Origin: a candidate division WOR-3 bacterium
GTDB taxonomy: Bacteria; Hydrothermota; Tepidihabitantia; Tepidihabitantales; Tepidihabitantaceae
Direction of reading: 5' to 3'
DNA length: 64,000 nt
Assembly (NCBI GenBank): GCA_965648905.1
Contig: CBFGIT010000003.1
Location: 64,001 to 128,000 of the forward strand
Both the position numbers and the translations under genes were made by a program. Position 1 is the first letter of the stretch. Each line of letters opens with the position of its first letter. Positions 55,409 through 64,000 of this stretch are shown piece after piece. The notes under the pieces were generated by a model. That model made no database searches, had not been told where the DNA came from, and saw nothing but the letters and a program-made list of their open reading frames with translations.

Positions 55409-56403
55409 GCGTCAAGGTTGCTTTTGTCGGAGCCGGGCGCTGGGCCCTGGCTCTTGCCGGTCATCTGCACCAGCAGGGCTGCGCCGTGTCGTTGTGGGAA
55501 GGGAAGGCGGCAAACCTGGAGCGGCTCAGGCGCACGCGCCGGCATCCTGACCTGCCCGACACCTTTGTGCTGCCCGAGCCGGTTATGGTATCGGGTGACC
55601 CGGCCCAGGTGTTTGCCGATGCCGGGCTGGCTGTTTTCGCCCTGCCGTCGGATGCGCTCGATGCCGTGGCCACCGGTCTGCGCAGCATCATTGCCGGCTC
55701 AACGACAATCGTGACCGTCACCAAAGGCATTGACCCGAACACGCACAAGCGCATGTCCGCGGTGCTCAAGGCCAGGTTTCCTGCTCAGCCGATTGTCGTC
55801 CTTGCCGGCCCGGGCATTCCGTACGACTTCGCGGCCGGCGACCCGACCTCACTCGTTGCCGCGTCCGACCACGAGCCGGCCACCGTGCTGGTCCGGGATA
55901 CCTTCAGCGGCAACAGCCTGCGCGTCTACTCTCATCCGGACGTTGTCGGGGTCGAGCTGGCCGCGGCAATGAAGAACGTCATCGCTCTGGCCGCGGGCAT
56001 CATCGACGGCATGGGCCTGGGCATCAATGCCAAGTCGGCCCTGCTCACGCGCGGGCTGGCTGAGACGATTCGTCTTGGCCTGGCGTTCAATGCCAATCCC
56101 TTGACCTTTGCCGGGCTGGCCGGCATGGGCGACCTTATCGTTACCGCCTTTTCCGAACACTCGCGCAACCACGCCTTGGGTGTCATGCTCGGCCAGGGCG
56201 AGAAGCTCGAAACCGCCCAGGCCAGGCTCAACGGCGTGGCTGAAGGTGTCGGCTCGACCCGGACTGCCCGCGCCCTGGCCGCACGCCAGCGCGTCGAACT
56301 GCCGATTACCGACGAACTCTGCCGGGTGCTCTACGAAGGTGCGGAGCCGCGCGAGAGTCTTGAACGCCTGCTGCGCCGCAGGCCCAGACCCGAGGTCTGG
56401 TGA
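55405..56403 (+). CDS. gpsA: NAD(P)H-dependent glycerol-3-phosphate dehydrogenase
   Basis: GAGRW, TKGI, GVELAAAMKNVIALAAG, GLAGMGDL, SRN. Confidence 0.93.
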   Translation: MSVKVAFVGAGRWALALAGHLHQQGCAVSLWEGKAANLERLRRTRRHPDLPDTFVLPEPVMVSGDPAQVFADAGLAVFALPSDALDAVATGLRSIIAGSTTIVTVTKGIDPNTHKRMSAVLKARFPAQPIVVLAGPGIPYDFAAGDPTSLVAASDHEPATVLVRDTFSGNSLRVYSHPDVVGVELAAAMKNVIALAAGIIDGMGLGINAKSALLTRGLAETIRLGLAFNANPLTFAGLAGMGDLIVTAFSEHSRNHALGVMLGQGEKLETAQARLNGVAEGVGSTRTARALAARQRVELPITDELCRVLYEGAEPRESLERLLRRRPRPEVW

Positions 56404-56723
56404 TGGCCGGAAGCAAGTACTACTCCGTAGTTCAGACCTGCCGAATGCTCGGGGTCAAGCCCCACATTCTCCGTTACTGGGAACGCCAGTTTGAAATCAA
56501 GCCCCGGCGCAACTCGGCCGGCCGGCGCATCTACTCGGCCGAGCAGATTGAGAAACTCCGCCTCATCAAACACCTGGTCCATACTGAGAGACTGACGGTC
56601 AAAGGCGCCCGTCGCCGTCTGGCCGGCATGTCCAGTGCCGCCCCGGCTGCCAAAGACCGCCGGACCACACTCCTCTGGATCAAGAAGGAGCTCGTCTCCA
56701 TTCAGGCGCTGCTTTCATCTTGA
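56400..56723 (+). CDS. MerR-family HTH regulator
   Basis: LGVKPHILRYWERQF...GRRIYS...LTVKGA. Confidence 0.88.
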   Translation: MMAGSKYYSVVQTCRMLGVKPHILRYWERQFEIKPRRNSAGRRIYSAEQIEKLRLIKHLVHTERLTVKGARRRLAGMSSAAPAAKDRRTTLLWIKKELVSIQALLSS

Positions 56724-57979
56724 GAGAACAGACCACCACCGCCCCATCGGGGGCAGAACTGGGCACTGCCGGCTCCAAGGTTTTCGGTACCAGCGCTCCC
56801 CGCAAACACGTCGCGCGGCCGAGCAGCGGTGCGCAGCGTCTGCTGATACTGAGTCCTGCCACCAGGGCAGACCTGGAGGAGCCACTCGACCGCTTCAAGC
56901 AGTTCCAGGTCTGGCACCTGTACGGTAGCCGGACCGGTGATACCGCTGGAGCCAGTGACTCGGTGCGTTCGGTTCGCTTCAGGGGGCCGGTTGATGCGCT
57001 GCTGAAGACCTTGGCGGTCAGACCGTCTCTTATCCAGGGCTCGGAACCCTACTATGTACTGACTGGCCTGCTGCTGTCCGCTGTCGCACTCCTTGCCGCC
57101 GGATTGCTCCGGGTTCCGTACTACTTCCCGATGTTCGAGAACATCGCGCCAGAGGTCAAGTTCAGGAACTTCAGACTGGGTCTACCGCTGGGATGGCTGG
57201 TGACGCCGCTGCTCAAGTGGTTCTGCCGGGTTTACGCTCAGCGGGCCAGTTGCATCTTTGCGCTGAACAAAGGTGCGGCCCAGAACCTACACGACTTGGG
57301 TATCCCCGAGCACAAGATCGTCAGGCGAATGTACGGTACGTGGGGCGTCGACGTCAATCGCTTCAGTCCTGAGCGCGACGGAACTGAACCATCCCTGGGG
57401 GACAGTACCATCCTCTTTATCGGGCGCATCGTCCCGGAGAAGGGCATCGCCGTTCTCCTGGATGCATTCACCGCGGTACGTCGTCAGGTGCCGACGGCAC
57501 GCCTCGTCCTGATCGGCGATGGCCCTGGCGTACCGCTGGTTCGCGACTTCACGGCCCGGCACTCGCTGCATTCGGTGGTATCCCTGCTGGGGGTCATTCC
57601 GAACTGCAACCTGCCCCGCTACATTCGTGCAGCCCGGGTCGTGGCCGCGCCGTCCCTGACCACGGCCCGGTGGATGGAGCAGGTAGGCATGGTAAACATC
57701 CAGTGCATCGCCTGCGGGACGCCGGTCGTGACCACCGATTCCGGAGCGATCCCGGAGTTCATAGACAAGGGCGTCACGGGACTGGTCGTACCTGAAGGGG
57801 ACTCGGCGTCGCTGGCCCGGGCGCTGCTCGCGGTCCTCTCCGACACCGAACTGCACGAACGGCTGTCACGGCAGGGCCGCGCAGCCGCGCTGCACTTCTA
57901 CGACATCGAGGCCAACATCCGCGCTGTTGAGTGCAAGCTCGTCGAGTTGCTCCGTCAGCGCCGGGTCACGGACGCGTAG
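56720..57979 (+). CDS. GT4-family glycosyltransferase
   Basis: LFIGRIVPEKG, IGDG, EQVGMV...ACGTPVV. Confidence 0.88.
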   Translation: MREQTTTAPSGAELGTAGSKVFGTSAPRKHVARPSSGAQRLLILSPATRADLEEPLDRFKQFQVWHLYGSRTGDTAGASDSVRSVRFRGPVDALLKTLAVRPSLIQGSEPYYVLTGLLLSAVALLAAGLLRVPYYFPMFENIAPEVKFRNFRLGLPLGWLVTPLLKWFCRVYAQRASCIFALNKGAAQNLHDLGIPEHKIVRRMYGTWGVDVNRFSPERDGTEPSLGDSTILFIGRIVPEKGIAVLLDAFTAVRRQVPTARLVLIGDGPGVPLVRDFTARHSLHSVVSLLGVIPNCNLPRYIRAARVVAAPSLTTARWMEQVGMVNIQCIACGTPVVTTDSGAIPEFIDKGVTGLVVPEGDSASLARALLAVLSDTELHERLSRQGRAAALHFYDIEANIRAVECKLVELLRQRRVTDA

Positions 57980-57988
57980 CGACCGTGC

Positions 57989-59131
57989 TCATCCACGCTC
58001 GGTCCTCAGCCAGTTGTACTTCAGCCGGCGGCCGAAGAAGTACTGCCCATAGCCAACCAGCAGCGCCAGATTGGCCCAGAGGAAATACTGCACCACCAAC
58101 AGCCTGCGCCAGCGGGCTCGAACCACCAACACTAGTGGTGTCGTCACTATGAACAGCGCCTGCACGACAGACAGGACGGCGAAGACCGCGACCGCTGAGC
58201 GTGCGATGCAGAGCAGTAGAATCGACAGCAGCATGAAGGGCACCAGCATTCGCAGGAACTTGTGCGACAGCATGATCCATGCCCTGACGCCCTGTGTCGG
58301 CAGCAGCAGCCCCGGCATTCTCAGCAGTATCTGGAGGCTGCCGCGGCTGTTTCTCGCCTTCCGCACGAACTCCACGCTGGCACTCTCAACTCTGGTCATG
58401 GATACCGCACGGGGTTCGTAGACGGCGGCGTACCCTTCCCTGAGGGGACGTGTGCCCAGCACGAAGTCGTCAAGAATCGTCTCGGGTGGAATCGGCCGAC
58501 ACAGCCGGCGGCGAACCATCATCGCCCAGCCGTAGGCCCCGACCGATGCCCCGAGTTCGCCTTCGAGGCCCTTGATCCAGTTCTCGTACCGATCCCAGAG
58601 GCCCTCAGCCGCGTGGCCATCCTTGCTTGTCCGCAGGTAGCGGAACAGCACGACCCCAACACCCTCGTCGCGAAACCTCGCCGCGCCGGCGCGCACCGAT
58701 TCCCGCGACAGCAGCACGTCGGCGTCCGTGAACAACACGACGTCGTTGCGCGCGGCGCGGATCAGCATGTTCAGTACGGCCGATTTGCCCAACCGCTCGT
58801 TGACAGAATGCAGTACTACCCCTCTGTCCGCGAAGCTTCCCACGATCTCGTCAGTCCGGTCGGTCACGGCATCAGTCCCGACCAGGATCTCGACCTTGTC
58901 CGGAGGGTAGTCCAATTCCAGGCAGTTCTGAAGCTTGGCGGAGATGTTAAGTTCCTCGTTCCAGGCGGCGATGGCAATGGTGATAGACGGCAGGTCGCCG
59001 GACGGCGGCGCGGGGTTGTCCCGTTTGAACAACCTTGCTGCCGCCAGGAGTAGCACAGGGAACCCGACCCAGTGATAGCACACGATCCCCATCGGAATCC
59101 AGAAGAAAATGATGTCCACGATTGCCGGCAT
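57989..59131 (-). CDS. GT2-family glycosyltransferase (IcaA/cellulose synthase-like)
   Basis: IAIAAWNEE, LDYP, GKSAVLN, FTDAD, DDF; TM segments; start MPAIVD. Confidence 0.88.
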   Translation of the reverse strand: MPAIVDIIFFWIPMGIVCYHWVGFPVLLLAAARLFKRDNPAPPSGDLPSITIAIAAWNEELNISAKLQNCLELDYPPDKVEILVGTDAVTDRTDEIVGSFADRGVVLHSVNERLGKSAVLNMLIRAARNDVVLFTDADVLLSRESVRAGAARFRDEGVGVVLFRYLRTSKDGHAAEGLWDRYENWIKGLEGELGASVGAYGWAMMVRRRLCRPIPPETILDDFVLGTRPLREGYAAVYEPRAVSMTRVESASVEFVRKARNSRGSLQILLRMPGLLLPTQGVRAWIMLSHKFLRMLVPFMLLSILLLCIARSAVAVFAVLSVVQALFIVTTPLVLVVRARWRRLLVVQYFLWANLALLVGYGQYFFGRRLKYNWLRTERG

Positions 59132-59312
59132 GGCTACGCTACGCCTGGACACCGGACCGGCAACACCGGTGCCGGGGAACGGCACGGCTCGCGACCGGCA
59201 TGCCCGTGAGCATCCGAGCGGAATGCGCGGTGGCGTTCTGTAGCTGGCCACTTCGTCGCGGGCACACAGTGAACACGGCTGCGGGTGGCGGACACGCCGG
59301 ACAAGCAGCTTC

Positions 59313-60305
59313 TCAGAGCACTACCTGCAGTCTCACTCCAACACCGCTGGAGGACACGCCGCCCGGAATCGAGTTCGTTGCCCAGTAGGCATGCCGGTAG
59401 CCGAGGATGAGTTTCAGCCGCTCGCCGGGGATATTGACATTGCCGCCCACGACCAGCGCAACGTCGTACCTGTCATCAACCTGTAGTTCGGCGTCAATGC
59501 GACCCGCGGGCTCCAACCACGGCAGCAGGACGCACGAACACTGAATGTATGCTCCGTTGCGCACGTACCGACCGATGACCGCATGCTGCACCTCCGCCGC
59601 CAGCCGGACTCTGGCACCTTCGAACCATGCCTCCCCGGCGAGGTTCGCAAAGGTTTCCCCCGCGTCACCCGTCCTGCCGTAGTAGCCGCGACAAGCCAGC
59701 CCGCTGCCGGGAAGCAGACCGGGCTTGAACACGACCCGTCCGCAGAAGTCCTTCCACACGTTGTTGTCCAACACTCCCTGGCCAACGCCGCTGCCGTTCA
59801 GACACGCGGCAGCGACCGCGAACCATTCTCGATCACAGGAGAGCATAACGCCCACGTCCTGGACGGACCGAGGTTTCAGCCAGCGCCGGACCGATGAGTA
59901 GTCCAGAAGCCTAAGCTGCTGCAACGGCGTGAGTGCCTCGTACCCAAGGGGCGGTGTCAACTGACCAGCCCGCACGCCGAGTCCATTGAACCAGTGCAGG
60001 TCCACGTACAACTCGCGGGCGACGGGCGTGAACAGGCGGGCTACATCCACCTGCATCCGCAGCGCGGCAACGGAACCCGCCTGCGCCGTTATTCCGAGAA
60101 GCGCCGTCGTCACGGCGAAGCTCTGTGCCCGGCTGGCGACACCGCTCACCCGGGAAGAGTAGTAGCTGCCGTCGACCCAAGTCAGGGCGTCCACCATGAC
60201 CTTGGCGTCAGCAGGTGTCACCGCTGCCTGGGTCAACGTCGGCGCCAACAACCAAGCCAGCACCAGCGCGACATTCAGCTTGCTCAAGTGTCCTCCATAT
60301 CGCAT
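59313..60305 (-). CDS. Porin-like (OprO/P-type) outer-membrane protein
   Basis: Signal peptide; VRAGQ..PLGYE, DVGVML, KDFCGRV. Confidence 0.65.
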   Translation of the reverse strand: MRYGGHLSKLNVALVLAWLLAPTLTQAAVTPADAKVMVDALTWVDGSYYSSRVSGVASRAQSFAVTTALLGITAQAGSVAALRMQVDVARLFTPVARELYVDLHWFNGLGVRAGQLTPPLGYEALTPLQQLRLLDYSSVRRWLKPRSVQDVGVMLSCDREWFAVAAACLNGSGVGQGVLDNNVWKDFCGRVVFKPGLLPGSGLACRGYYGRTGDAGETFANLAGEAWFEGARVRLAAEVQHAVIGRYVRNGAYIQCSCVLLPWLEPAGRIDAELQVDDRYDVALVVGGNVNIPGERLKLILGYRHAYWATNSIPGGVSSSGVGVRLQVVL

Positions 60306-60431
60306 ACGGTTTGCTTTGGGAGATTCTCGTTCCGTCCGCCTCGACGAACCGGTTGAGCGGCGATGGCCTCGTGCAGCACTTGATATCGACCGCAGGCGGT
60401 ACGAGACAGCGGGATCATCAAACTCGTCATG

Positions 60432-61646
60432 CTAGCTGCCGACCGGTGAGCGCGCACGGGCGCTCACCTGGCCGTACAGGGCGGCGAATGCCTGGGCCAC
60501 GCTGTCCCACGTGTAGCGGTTGGCAACCAGCCGTCTCCCGGCACATCCAAGCTTCTGCCGCCGTATTGGATCCCGCAGCAAACTAACAACGGCATCAGCA
60601 AACTCCTGAGGCTCGTCCGCGACCAGTATGTTCTCGCCGCTGACGAGCCCGTCAATCCCCTCGCACCCCATCGAGGTTGATACAACCGCCTTGCCTAGTG
60701 CCAGAGCCTCGAGGATCTTGACCCTGATACCGCTCCCGACCCGCGTCGGCACCACAAACACCGAACTGCGCTCCACAAGCGGACGTATGTCCGGCACGAA
60801 ACCGGTAACCACGACCCGGCGGCCGTCCGACCGGCGAACAATGTCGGAAGGCGGGTCGCTGCCCACAACACGACAGACGACGGTCGGCACCTGCACCAAG
60901 ACGCGGGGCACGACTTCATCGAGGAACCACCTTACGCCGACCGCGTTGGGTAGCCACCGCATGAGGGCGACCGAGATAATGGAGTCGGGTTCCTCAGGCG
61001 CCGGCTGCGCCGAACCTTCTGCCACGTCGACACCGACTCCGATGACGTCGACCGGCACCCCTCCACCAAGTCGCGACAGGATCGCCGCATCGACAGAGGT
61101 AACCGCCACTCGTCGGTCGAAGCGCGGCAAGTATTCCCTTTCGTAGGCCAGAAGACGGGCATGCTGGATGGCGGCATACGCCCGGGCGAACGGATTGACC
61201 TGACTGTCCCGGAACCTCGCCATCATCGTCGAGTCCACGTTCTGGGTTCTGAGGATCACCCCCAGCCGCAGCTCGCGTGCGATGGCGAGACCGTAGCGGG
61301 CCATGTGCAGGAAGTCAGTCTGAATCACGTCGGGTCGGAACTCCTGCGCCGCCCGCCGTACTAGATCCATGAATCCCCGGGGCTGGTTCTTACGGTAGGA
61401 GTACGGCACGCGGGAGAGGAGACTCACGATCATCCCACTGAAGTGCATCTTCATGTCCGCGGGCATGGCCCAGACCGGGAACTCCCGACTGAACTCGGGT
61501 GCGACCGTTTCTCCGACCTGCACCGGAAAGACGAAACCCACCTGGTGTCCGATGCGGGCCAGCGCCTGAGCCGCGCGGTAGACGGCGATTCGACCCCCAT
61601 CGACCGGCGGGTATGGGACATTCTGTACTATCTCGAGGATTCGCAT
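60432..61646 (-). CDS. GT4-family glycosyltransferase
   Basis: PYPPVDGG, GSGIRVKILEALALGKAVVST. Confidence 0.9.
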   Translation of the reverse strand: MRILEIVQNVPYPPVDGGRIAVYRAAQALARIGHQVGFVFPVQVGETVAPEFSREFPVWAMPADMKMHFSGMIVSLLSRVPYSYRKNQPRGFMDLVRRAAQEFRPDVIQTDFLHMARYGLAIARELRLGVILRTQNVDSTMMARFRDSQVNPFARAYAAIQHARLLAYEREYLPRFDRRVAVTSVDAAILSRLGGGVPVDVIGVGVDVAEGSAQPAPEEPDSIISVALMRWLPNAVGVRWFLDEVVPRVLVQVPTVVCRVVGSDPPSDIVRRSDGRRVVVTGFVPDIRPLVERSSVFVVPTRVGSGIRVKILEALALGKAVVSTSMGCEGIDGLVSGENILVADEPQEFADAVVSLLRDPIRRQKLGCAGRRLVANRYTWDSVAQAFAALYGQVSARARSPVGS

Positions 61647-61722
61647 GCGGCCAGCTTCCAGTAGTATGGAAGATGAGGTTCAACGTGCTGCTTATCCAGC
61701 ATAGGTATGACGCCACGAGCTG

Positions 61723-62898
61723 TCAAGAAACGCGGGGTATCGTCCGCGTGCCGCCGCTCGTGTACCGTCCTGCACTCCGTCGGGATTCAGCCAGTTGCCG
61801 GACCTCGCCGACGAACTGCTGTGCCGCTCGCCGGCAGTCGAACATCATAGCCCGCTCACGGCCTGCGCGCGCCATCATCTCCAGTTGCCCGGCATCCGCC
61901 AGCAGGGCATGCAGCCTCGCCGCCAAGTCCTGCGGGTCGCGCGCCCGGAAATAGCGAGCAGCCGCTCCCCCGACCTCTGGCAGGCTCGAGGTCCAACTGC
62001 ATAGCACGGGACAGCCACAGCTCATTGCCTCTGCTATCGGCAGTCCGAAACCCTCGTAGGCACTAGGGTACACCATCAGCGCGGCGCCGCGGTACAACGC
62101 GACGAGGTCGCCATCCGAGACCGGGCCGAGGCAGCGCGCGCGCCCACCGGCCTCGAGACGACGGATGCGTCTGAGTATCGGGCGGCATTTCCAGCCTGGG
62201 CTGCCCACGATGACCAGCAATGGGGTCGGCACTAGTTCGAGGGCCCTCAACAGAGTCCCATGTTCCTTGCGGGGCTCGATCGTGCCGACCGTCAACAGGT
62301 ATGAATCCGGAATGCTGTACTTACACCGGACATCGAGACCGTCGCTTGCTGCAGCCCGTCCGCGGAAGGCCGGATCTACGCCCTGGTAGAGGACGCGCAA
62401 CTTCGTCGCTGGCACCTGCAGGCAGAGCTGTGCCAAGCGCGCGGAGGCCTCCGAATCCACCAGCACCCGGTCAGCGACGCGGGCGACCCGCGCAAAATGA
62501 AGTCGTGCCGCGATTCTGGCACGCAGCGGCATCGTGCCCGGCATGACAACCGCGGTAAGGTCGTGGATCGTCAGCAGGCGGAGGCACCCGTCAAGACGAC
62601 CAACCGGTAACATGTGGTTCTGCCCCCAGAACACATCGATACGGTCCTCGCGCAGCATGTCCGGAACGTATCGCTGCAGCCAGTACATCGTAGCCCGACC
62701 CTCGCCGGGACGGGAGACCCTCAGCTGCCATCGCCCCGGGGGTAACGGTACCTCCACGGTGCGTGGCGAGTAGAGCACGACCTCAACGTCGCTTGTTTGT
62801 TCAAGGACGGCGGACAACAGGCCGACTATGTGCCGCGCGATGCCCGCCCGCGGCGCCCGGAAAACGCTGACATCAACGCCCAGCCGCAAGCTAGCCAA
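61723..62898 (-). CDS. GT4-family glycosyltransferase (MtfB-like)
   Basis: TIHDL, VGTIEPRK, YEGFGLPIAEAMSCG. Confidence 0.9.
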   Translation of the reverse strand: MASLRLGVDVSVFRAPRAGIARHIVGLLSAVLEQTSDVEVVLYSPRTVEVPLPPGRWQLRVSRPGEGRATMYWLQRYVPDMLREDRIDVFWGQNHMLPVGRLDGCLRLLTIHDLTAVVMPGTMPLRARIAARLHFARVARVADRVLVDSEASARLAQLCLQVPATKLRVLYQGVDPAFRGRAAASDGLDVRCKYSIPDSYLLTVGTIEPRKEHGTLLRALELVPTPLLVIVGSPGWKCRPILRRIRRLEAGGRARCLGPVSDGDLVALYRGAALMVYPSAYEGFGLPIAEAMSCGCPVLCSWTSSLPEVGGAAARYFRARDPQDLAARLHALLADAGQLEMMARAGRERAMMFDCRRAAQQFVGEVRQLAESRRSAGRYTSGGTRTIPRVS

Positions 62899-62958
62899 GA
62901 GTACTCGTCACCGCGGGGCGGCATTCACGTCCGAAGTCCAGGCTCAGGGACGGTCTGA

Positions 62959-64000
62959 CTAGCACAGGGATTTTGCCACAGGAGGCAGCCCCCGTGCTGA
63001 CGGTCGAGCGCCGGCCTTCATAATCCCGAGCACTTCCTCAGCGGCCTGACGGAAACTGAACTGCCGGGCCCGGGCCAGACCGGCAGCGACCATCGCCACG
63101 AGTTGTTCCTCATCGAAAAGCAGCTCCTCCAGCCTCCGGGCCAGATCCCGGCTGTCACCGGTCCTGAAGTAGCGGGCGGCAGAGCCGCCCACCTCCGGGA
63201 GGCTTGACGACCAACTGCACAGCACCGGACACCCGCAGGCCATCGCCTCGAGAACGGGCAGGCCGAAGCCCTCGTACACCGATGGGAACACAAACAGCCG
63301 GGCAGCTGCGTACAGCGCCGGAAGATCAACGTCATCAACCCGCCCCAAGTGCCGGACCCGTCCGGCCCGCTCCATCGCTGCGATCTCGCGCATCGCGCTC
63401 TCGGCCTTCCACCCTACGCCGCCGACAATCACCAGGAGCGGTGTCTGTGGGAGCAGAGCGAGTGCAGCCAGCAACGTCGTGTGGTGCTTGCGGGGCTCGA
63501 TCGTACCAACCGAGAGCAGATAGGTCTCGGGTAGTCCGTACTTCCCGGAGGCGACGTCCTTCGCCCGGGCGGTCGGTTGCGGACAGAACCGGTCGCTTGC
63601 GCCGAAGTAGACTCTCTTGACCTTGTCGGGCGCAACGCCCAGTAACCGGACGATGTCGCGGGCGGTCGAATCGGAGTCGGCGACGACCGCGTCCGCCGCA
63701 CGACAAGCCCGCGCCAAGTAGTACCGACGGGTCAGGACCGACGTGAACCGGAGCGTGCGGGGACATACGAACGGGACAAGGTCATGGACGGTGAGAATCC
63801 GGAAGCAGGGCCGCCGGAGGCGCAGAGGGAGCATGTTGTTCTGCCCCCAGAACACGTCCAGTCCGTCCTCCCGGGCCCACCTCGGAACCTGCGTCTGGAC
63901 CCACGGGTTCACGAACCGACCCTCCAACCCGGTGCCGGTCCTCAGACGCCAGCGGCCCGGCGGCAGCGCAATCTCGACCGGCCGCGGCGCGTAGAAGATG
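62959..64000 (-). CDS. GT4-family glycosyltransferase (MtfB-like), 5' end outside window
   Basis: TVHDL, VGTIEPRK, YEGFGLPVLEAMACG; paralogue of the adjacent gene; frame open to the window edge. Confidence 0.9.
   Translation of the reverse strand, partial: IFYAPRPVEIALPPGRWRLRTGTGLEGRFVNPWVQTQVPRWAREDGLDVFWGQNNMLPLRLRRPCFRILTVHDLVPFVCPRTLRFTSVLTRRYYLARACRAADAVVADSDSTARDIVRLLGVAPDKVKRVYFGASDRFCPQPTARAKDVASGKYGLPETYLLSVGTIEPRKHHTTLLAALALLPQTPLLVIVGGVGWKAESAMREIAAMERAGRVRHLGRVDDVDLPALYAAARLFVFPSVYEGFGLPVLEAMACGCPVLCSWSSSLPEVGGSAARYFRTGDSRDLARRLEELLFDEEQLVAMVAAGLARARQFSFRQAAEEVLGIMKAGARPSARGLPPVAKSLC

Overview
GC-rich bacterial window from a diderm organism. It has OM beta-barrel, LolA-like and many secreted proteins with FlgD/T9SS-type C-terminal domains; a WOR-3/FCB-like lineage is my unverified guess. 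No rRNA, tRNA or CRISPR array was seen. (1) A complete diversity-generating retroelement (DGR) lies at 23194-28503, with avd, a template repeat (TR 25592-25716), an RT and two variable repeats (VRs). VR1 differs from TR at 24 positions, all TR adenines; VR2 differs at 16 adenines plus one non-A. One target is the extracellular FGE/CLec domain of a transmembrane Ser/Thr kinase and the other is a secreted zinc-ribbon-FGE protein. The DGR closes a signalling cluster with a PASTA kinase, three LEA_2 proteins and an FHA-FHA-ABC exporter. (2) Two genes that the ORF track splits at an in-frame TGA look like secreted selenoproteins. One is a UxxC redoxin (31373-32140) and the other has no redox motif I recognise (53769-54653). 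Both carry a GCGGAG-containing hairpin exactly 12 nt after the UGA. (3) Degenerate 7-bp-period arrays are scattered through the window. They form inverted arms around a four-helix-bundle gene and also sit inside signal peptides, linkers and uvrA. Other content: a gingipain-like C25 protease, a repeat-built surface protein, hutU, an ABC/LolA cluster, a RAYT-like transposase with inverted repeats, uvrA, an IS3-family element beside a truncated C25 gene, a frameshifted PIN toxin, plsY-gpsA-MerR and the start of a glycosyltransferase cluster. All product calls come from motif recognition by eye, not database searches.
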